Source: a virus
Strand: one strand, 5' to 3'
IMG/VR virus record: IMGVR_UViG_3300011115_000838
Span: 4,725-68,724 of that record
DNA: 64,000 bases
In this document: in pieces, positions 59,884 through 64,000 of the stretch
How positions within the stretch are numbered: position 1 is the first letter of the stretch
Layout: the number at the start of each line of letters is the position of its first letter
Made by a program: the position numbers and the translations under genes
Notes under the pieces: model-generated
Told to the model about the DNA's origin: nothing
The model's input: the letters and a program-made list of their open reading frames with translations, nothing else
Database searches by the model: none

Positions 59884-60327
59884 TTAGTTATTTCTATATA
59901 TGTAATAATCTGCTCTATTTACATATACTTCTTCTTCTTTACCATCATAGCTTGATAAATAGTGCCCTCTACCGTTGTACTTTTCATCTCTCTTCCAAGC
60001 TTCATTGTCAAAATAGTATTGTAAATGCTTTGGAAGTTGTGGCAATATGCAATCATCTATATAGCTATCTAAACTATCATCTAATTTATCATCTAATTTA
60101 TCATCAGCTTCTGAATCAGTACAAACTAAATACTCTTCGCTTGAATATTCTATTATACAATCATCATAACTTGAAAACTCCAAATCGAATGCTTCTTTTA
60201 CACTAATCTCTAAAAGTATTGATAGTGCAATGATTTTTTCTGCATCACCTTTGTCAATAGTTTTTGTGTTACTTAATAAGTTAGTTAATCTAACTATTTG
60301 ACTTTCTGTTAATTCTGATACTTGCAT
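59884..60327 (-). CDS. Highly acidic ArdA-like antirestriction / DNA-mimic protein
   Basis: LPKHLQYYFDNEAWKRD resembles the ArdA C-terminal motif; very Asp/Glu-rich. Confidence 0.55.
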   Translation of the reverse strand: MQVSELTESQIVRLTNLLSNTKTIDKGDAEKIIALSILLEISVKEAFDLEFSSYDDCIIEYSSEEYLVCTDSEADDKLDDKLDDSLDSYIDDCILPQLPKHLQYYFDNEAWKRDEKYNGRGHYLSSYDGKEEEVYVNRADYYIYRNN

Positions 60328-60400
60328 TTTAGTAATTGTTTTAGTTGAAAAATATTGATTTTAAAGAACTTTATTTATACAATCTATGTTATGTATATAG

Positions 60401-60448
60401 AACCCTAAGAATAATCGCTTAGGGTTTATTTGTGAATCGTCGTTGTTG
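60401..60448 (-). repeat. Intergenic element A, copy 1
   Basis: CAACAACGACGATTCACAAATA then AACCCTAAG/CTTAGGGTT. Confidence 0.8.
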
Positions 60449-60452
60449 CTAC

Positions 60453-60626
60453 TTACAATTCTCTAGGGTTATAAGATTTACAGTATAAGTTCCTACCTAT
60501 AATGTATAAGTCATACATCTCTTTTTCACCTACTCCGTAGTACTCTGCCATAAATCCTAAAGTAGCAAAGTTGTTTAAGTAGTCTAGATAAATCTCTTCC
60601 AATGTCATACTAAGTAATTTTTTCAT
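60453..60626 (-). CDS. 57-aa early protein
   Basis: MKKLLSMTLEEIYLDYLNNFATLGFMAEYYGV...; not in the ORF track. Confidence 0.65.
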   Translation of the reverse strand: MKKLLSMTLEEIYLDYLNNFATLGFMAEYYGVGEKEMYDLYIIGRNLYCKSYNPREL

Positions 60627-60885
60627 ATTTTTAGTTGTTTAATTTGTTTAATTGTTTTATTAGAACCCTTTTTAATGTATGTTTTAATTAATTTTAGCAC
60701 AGTTTGAGACCGCCCCAAACCATTTTTTTGCATACAAAACTAAGAAATTGTACTTTTCCAAGTTTGCAACCTCCAGATTTCTGCATTTTTATACTTTCAA
60801 TAGTAAATTTTGTCTCGTTTTTTACCGTGTCAAGACCAAAGTTTGATTACAACTGAAAGTTTCCAGTCTTTTTTCAGAAATTGTA

Positions 60886-61793
60886 CTATTCCGTGATGGC
60901 TACCAAACTTTTCAAAGTCTTGTAGTCAAAACCTATAAAATCACAAAGGTACTTATCATACAGCACCCGAAACGAAACGGGTCTTTCTTTTGTTTTCTCG
61001 AATACAACTACATCAACTCCTAACTTTTGTAGTTTTTTGATTGTCATTGTACTGCACACAACTCCTACGGTAAAGGAATTGTATGCAAGTAAGATTTGAT
61101 TATTCAAGGCTATTTAACTCGAAATATATTCCATCCAGAATGAAATATGTTTCCTTATTTTTACAAACAATAGAAGCCCGTTTTGGTTCTGTTATTTTTA
61201 AGTCAGCTTTTGACTTACTGCATAACGTGAAAGTGCTACCATTTTTTACTTTATTATAAATATCACTTTCGGATATTATAATTTGATTTTTTAAATACAT
61301 ACTTTTATACATTTTTGTTTGTGCGTTACGGTCGCACCCCCGATTTTTTAGAATACTGTGATAACTAAATTACCTTTTTCAATGCAGGCATGACTGCAAA
61401 GGTTATCATTGATTAGATGGTAGATATTTTGGAGACCGTGAAAGCACCCACTTTCTGAGACCTTAACCGTTATTGTTAAGGTGATTTCGTCGTCTGATTC
61501 TACAGCCTTATAGCTGTAGTTTTTTGTAGTGTACGTTTTTAGCTCATATTCTAAGCCAAGTATTAACGCTTTTATCAAGTTCTTTTTCATTTCAATTTTG
61601 TTTTAGATAAGAAGTAATTATATACTTCTGGTATATGCTTTTTATAATAAGGTTGATTTGATTTGCACCAATCCTTTAGCTCCAATTTTGTTTCAAAGTA
61701 AGATGGTTCAAAAATTTGCTCAAGGTCGTGGATAAAATCGCCCACTCTCCATCCTTCCCAAACATGACGGTCGAAGTCTATTGTTTTTTTCAT
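60886..61793 (-). CDS. Four small early genes (60886..61107, 61100..61312, 61348..61590, 61587..~61793)
   Basis: ORF track, coupled overlaps. Confidence 0.6.
61319..61343 (-). repeat. Intergenic element B, copy 2 (TCGGGGGTGCGACCGTAACGCACAA)
   Basis: 25-nt identity with 62946-62970; GTGCG/CGCAC hairpin. Confidence 0.9.
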
Positions 61794-61827
61794 TTCAGTT
61801 TTTTGTTTTGATTGATAAATAATTTAG

Positions 61828-61870
61828 TGCCTGTCAGGGATTTGAACCCATGCACCCCGATTGGACAGGC
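61828..61870 (-). ncRNA. Armless mini-tRNA-like element
   Basis: GCCTGTC/GACAGGC stem, GGG-TTCAAAT-CCC T-arm, then A-CTAA. Confidence 0.7.
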
Positions 61871-61876
61871 TTGTTA

Positions 61877-62590
61877 TTATAACTCGATTACAAACTTTGA
61901 AGGCTTGTAGGTCTTCTTGCCTTTTGCCACAGGATTCTTATAGCGTAGTGCTATAATAAATCCTGTACCCTCAATACTTTTGAGTCTTTGGTCGTTTAGG
62001 TCTCCGTCTAATACAGGAAACCCGTTCCAAGTTTTAGGCAGAGGGTCTTTCTTCTTTAACTTAAAGACTACTGAAACATTACACAAACCTTGATTAAGGT
62101 AGTGTTCACACAACTTCCAATTGTAACCAGAATAACTAAATATGCAGTCAAAATTACTTAATTCAGAACTTTTTTCTAGTATTGACGGTCTTTTTGTATA
62201 GCCGTAGAAAATTAGGTTCTTAAACTCCGTTAGGTCGTAACCGTGGTTCTTAAACTCTGTAAACCAATCTACATCACTAAACATATTTAACCTTATTAGG
62301 GCTAAATCTTCGATTGAGTTCAAATAACTCAATTCAGCAAACAGGATTCTTAAGAATCTAGGTTTGTCTGACAGAAAGAAATCTGTCTTTTCAAGCCTTG
62401 AATCTAAGACGTCTTTAAACCTCGCACCGCCTGAATCAACTATACAACTGTTGCGACAATGCGAATTGCTATTTTCGCAAAGGTCAATGCGGAAGGAGTT
62501 CCTTTTTTCTGGCATCAAACTTAATCCCCATGTAGGAATTAAGTTTTTTTCCAACTTTAAATTACTGTTGCTTAAAAGATTTGTTTTCAT
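61877..62590 (-). CDS. Gp88-like protein (Cys-cluster, radical-SAM-like)
   Basis: CENSNSHCRNSC, IRLNMFSD, FYGYTK, VLDGDLNDQR. Confidence 0.7.
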   Translation of the reverse strand: MKTNLLSNSNLKLEKNLIPTWGLSLMPEKRNSFRIDLCENSNSHCRNSCIVDSGGARFKDVLDSRLEKTDFFLSDKPRFLRILFAELSYLNSIEDLALIRLNMFSDVDWFTEFKNHGYDLTEFKNLIFYGYTKRPSILEKSSELSNFDCIFSYSGYNWKLCEHYLNQGLCNVSVVFKLKKKDPLPKTWNGFPVLDGDLNDQRLKSIEGTGFIIALRYKNPVAKGKKTYKPSKFVIEL

Positions 62591-62606
62591 TTTTTTGTTT
62601 GTTTAG

Positions 62607-62643
62607 TATTTCACGTGAAACATTGATTGTTCCACGTGAAACG
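62607..62643. promoter_or_regulatory. Two tandem parS-like palindromes
   Basis: TATTTCACGTGAAACA (62607-62622) and TGTTCCACGTGAAACG (62628-62643), each 15/16 to TGTTNCACGTGAAACA. Confidence 0.75.
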
Positions 62644-62660
62644 TTGATAATTAATTTTAG

Positions 62661-62723
62661 TGGTTAATGCTCGATTCGAACGGCTGCGATTTATTCGCAA
62701 AGCTACCAGTTAGCTTATTAACC
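62661..62723 (-). ncRNA. Shrunken tRNA-like cloverleaf with 5-nt anticodon loop
   Basis: GGTTAAT/ATTAACC, GCT-AACTGGT-AGC, TGCGA-ATAAA-TCGCA, CG-TTCGAAT-CG, then A-CTAA. Confidence 0.72.
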
Positions 62724-62730
62724 TTTTTTG

Positions 62731-62940
62731 TTACTTAGAGATTGCACTTTTAACCCACTTTGGTAGGTTTAAAGGTGCAATTTCTTCTCTAGAGTATTCG
62801 CCGTCTTTAGGCAAATACTCTAGAAATTCTTCAATCTGAAAGTCAAGGAAAAAACCTCGACTCCAAATTTGATACGTTGCCGTAACAACGTTAGAATAAA
62901 AGTGATGGTCAACCCAAACTTTTTTTAGTTTATATGTCAT
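62731..62940 (-). CDS. Small early protein
   Basis: 69-aa ORF. Confidence 0.6.
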   Translation of the reverse strand: MTYKLKKVWVDHHFYSNVVTATYQIWSRGFFLDFQIEEFLEYLPKDGEYSREEIAPLNLPKWVKSAISK

Positions 62941-62945
62941 AATTA

Positions 62946-62970
62946 TTGTGCGTTACGGTCGCACCCCCGA
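62946..62970 (-). repeat. Intergenic element B, copy 1
   Basis: Identical to 61319-61343. Confidence 0.9.
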
Positions 62971-62974
62971 ATAA

Positions 62975-63196
62975 TTACTTGCTAATTCTGAAAAAATCGG
63001 AATTAGTCAAGGCGACCGCTTCGCCCTGAATCATAATACCTACCTTTTCAGTAGATATTATGCGTTGGAAACCGCACTCCAAGCCTTGAAGTGCTTCCAT
63101 ACTGTAATCAGTTCCGATTCTTTCAGAACTGATTAAAACAGGAGTTAAACCCTGTCTTTTCAAGGCATCGAATGCCTTGATTTGTTTTTTTGTCAT
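62975..63196 (-). CDS. First early gene, hypothetical
   Basis: 73-aa ORF with A-rich leader. Confidence 0.6.
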   Translation of the reverse strand: MTKKQIKAFDALKRQGLTPVLISSERIGTDYSMEALQGLECGFQRIISTEKVGIMIQGEAVALTNSDFFRISK

Positions 63197-63216
63197 TTTT
63201 TTATTATTTTAGTTAG

Positions 63217-63261
63217 TGGTGCTACCATGTTGCGAACGTGGCATAGTTCTTATTTAGCACC
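63217..63261 (-). ncRNA. Armless mini-tRNA-like element
   Basis: GGTGCTA/TAGCACC stem, CCACG-TTCGCAA-CATGG T-arm, then A-CTAA. Confidence 0.7.
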
Positions 63262-63521
63262 TTTAAAATTAATCCTAAACAAAAAAGAAATTAAGTTAAT
63301 CAACTCAAAGTATTAATATATACCACTTTGCAAGCAAAGCAAATTTTGAGTTTTTAAGTTGATTAACTTTGTAGGTCGGTCGTTATGCCGAAAAACTCCT
63401 ACCAATATGTCAAGGTGCAAATTTTACGTCGTTTCGTAGGGCTGCGAACCTGATAGATAAATTAAGCTACTAAAGTAGTGGATTATGCTAGTGCTGTATC
63501 CCGTTCCCGATTTGCTTGTTG

Positions 63522-63554
63522 CAAAGGTAGTATAAAAACTTAACACAAGTCAAG
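63522..63554 (-). promoter_or_regulatory. Probable early promoter (Bacteroidota type)
   Basis: TACCTTTG -7 box at 63522-63529 with TTG about 21 nt upstream. Confidence 0.6.
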
Positions 63555-63828
63555 CATTGTTTAAGTTATTTTTAGTAAAAATGAAAGATTCTTTATAAAG
63601 TTCAATGATAAATTAGATAAGTACAATTATGTAAACAGGCCTATATAGCTAATCATTATATAATGCAATATATTCATAGAATAATACAATAAAGATTGCT
63701 AACTATAAAAAACTTGATTTAAAGCGTTAAAAGTATTCAAGTAATATGAATGTATTACACTAGGGTATAAAGTCCATTACGTAGCCTGTTTGATAGCTTA
63801 AATTTGATTTTTAAGTTTATAAACTGCA

Positions 63829-63895
63829 CAAGCATCAAGCATCAGGCATCAAGCATCAGGCATCAAGCATCAGGCATCAGGCATCAGGCATCAGG
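63829..63895. repeat. Tandem heptamer (CARGCAT) x9 plus partial copy
   Basis: Directly visible. Confidence 0.95.
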
Positions 63896-64000
63896 ACCAA
63901 TAGCCTATTAGTCTAGTAGGGTAGTAGGCTTATACGAGATGGCTGGCAGGTAGGGGGCGGGTATCCCCTCTCCACATTTATCGGAATAATTGAAGTGCCA

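Noticed and set aside
58456-60448. Family A repeats as a CRISPR array
   Set aside because: Copies are separated by whole genes (about 0.5-1.3 kb) and no cas genes are present
1-64000. Stop-codon reassignment
   Set aside because: Long genes are intact under the standard code, TAA, TAG and TGA all end genes, and no suppressor tRNA is seen

Overview
This 64-kb window is AT-rich DNA covering most of a tailed dsDNA phage (siphovirus-like, with a 1583-aa tape measure). The host is almost certainly in Bacteroidota: many TAnnTTTG (-7) promoters, signal peptides followed by Gln, and Flavobacterium-style GNVGIGT fibre proteins. Virion genes (portal, scaffold, capsid, tail, TerL, lysis) are all on the + strand but are split into several islands. 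These alternate with - strand islands for replication, nucleotide metabolism and regulation (primase-helicase, SSB, exonuclease, initiator with iterons, ThyX, MazG-like, NinG, AntA/KilA-N/Bro). A - strand early region of small genes lies at 51-63.5 kb. No integrase, ParA/ParB, DNA polymerase, reverse transcriptase or CRISPR array was recognised. The most unusual observations are: (1) five tRNA-like elements that keep the acceptor stem and T-arm but have lost a usable anticodon arm, three of them punctuating the early operon; (2) two further families of repeated intergenic elements in the same operon; (3) a tandem pair of chromosomal-type parS sites with no phage ParB; (4) four fibre/enzyme-like genes in the late operon that carry Sec signal peptides; (5) an antirepressor gene split by an intron-less GIY-YIG endonuclease; (6) a three-gene pentapeptide-repeat accordion; (7) three attenuator/pseudoknot-like 5' leaders; (8) two paralogous 18-aa hydrophobic micropeptides. 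All functional calls come from motif recognition by eye; no database search was run.
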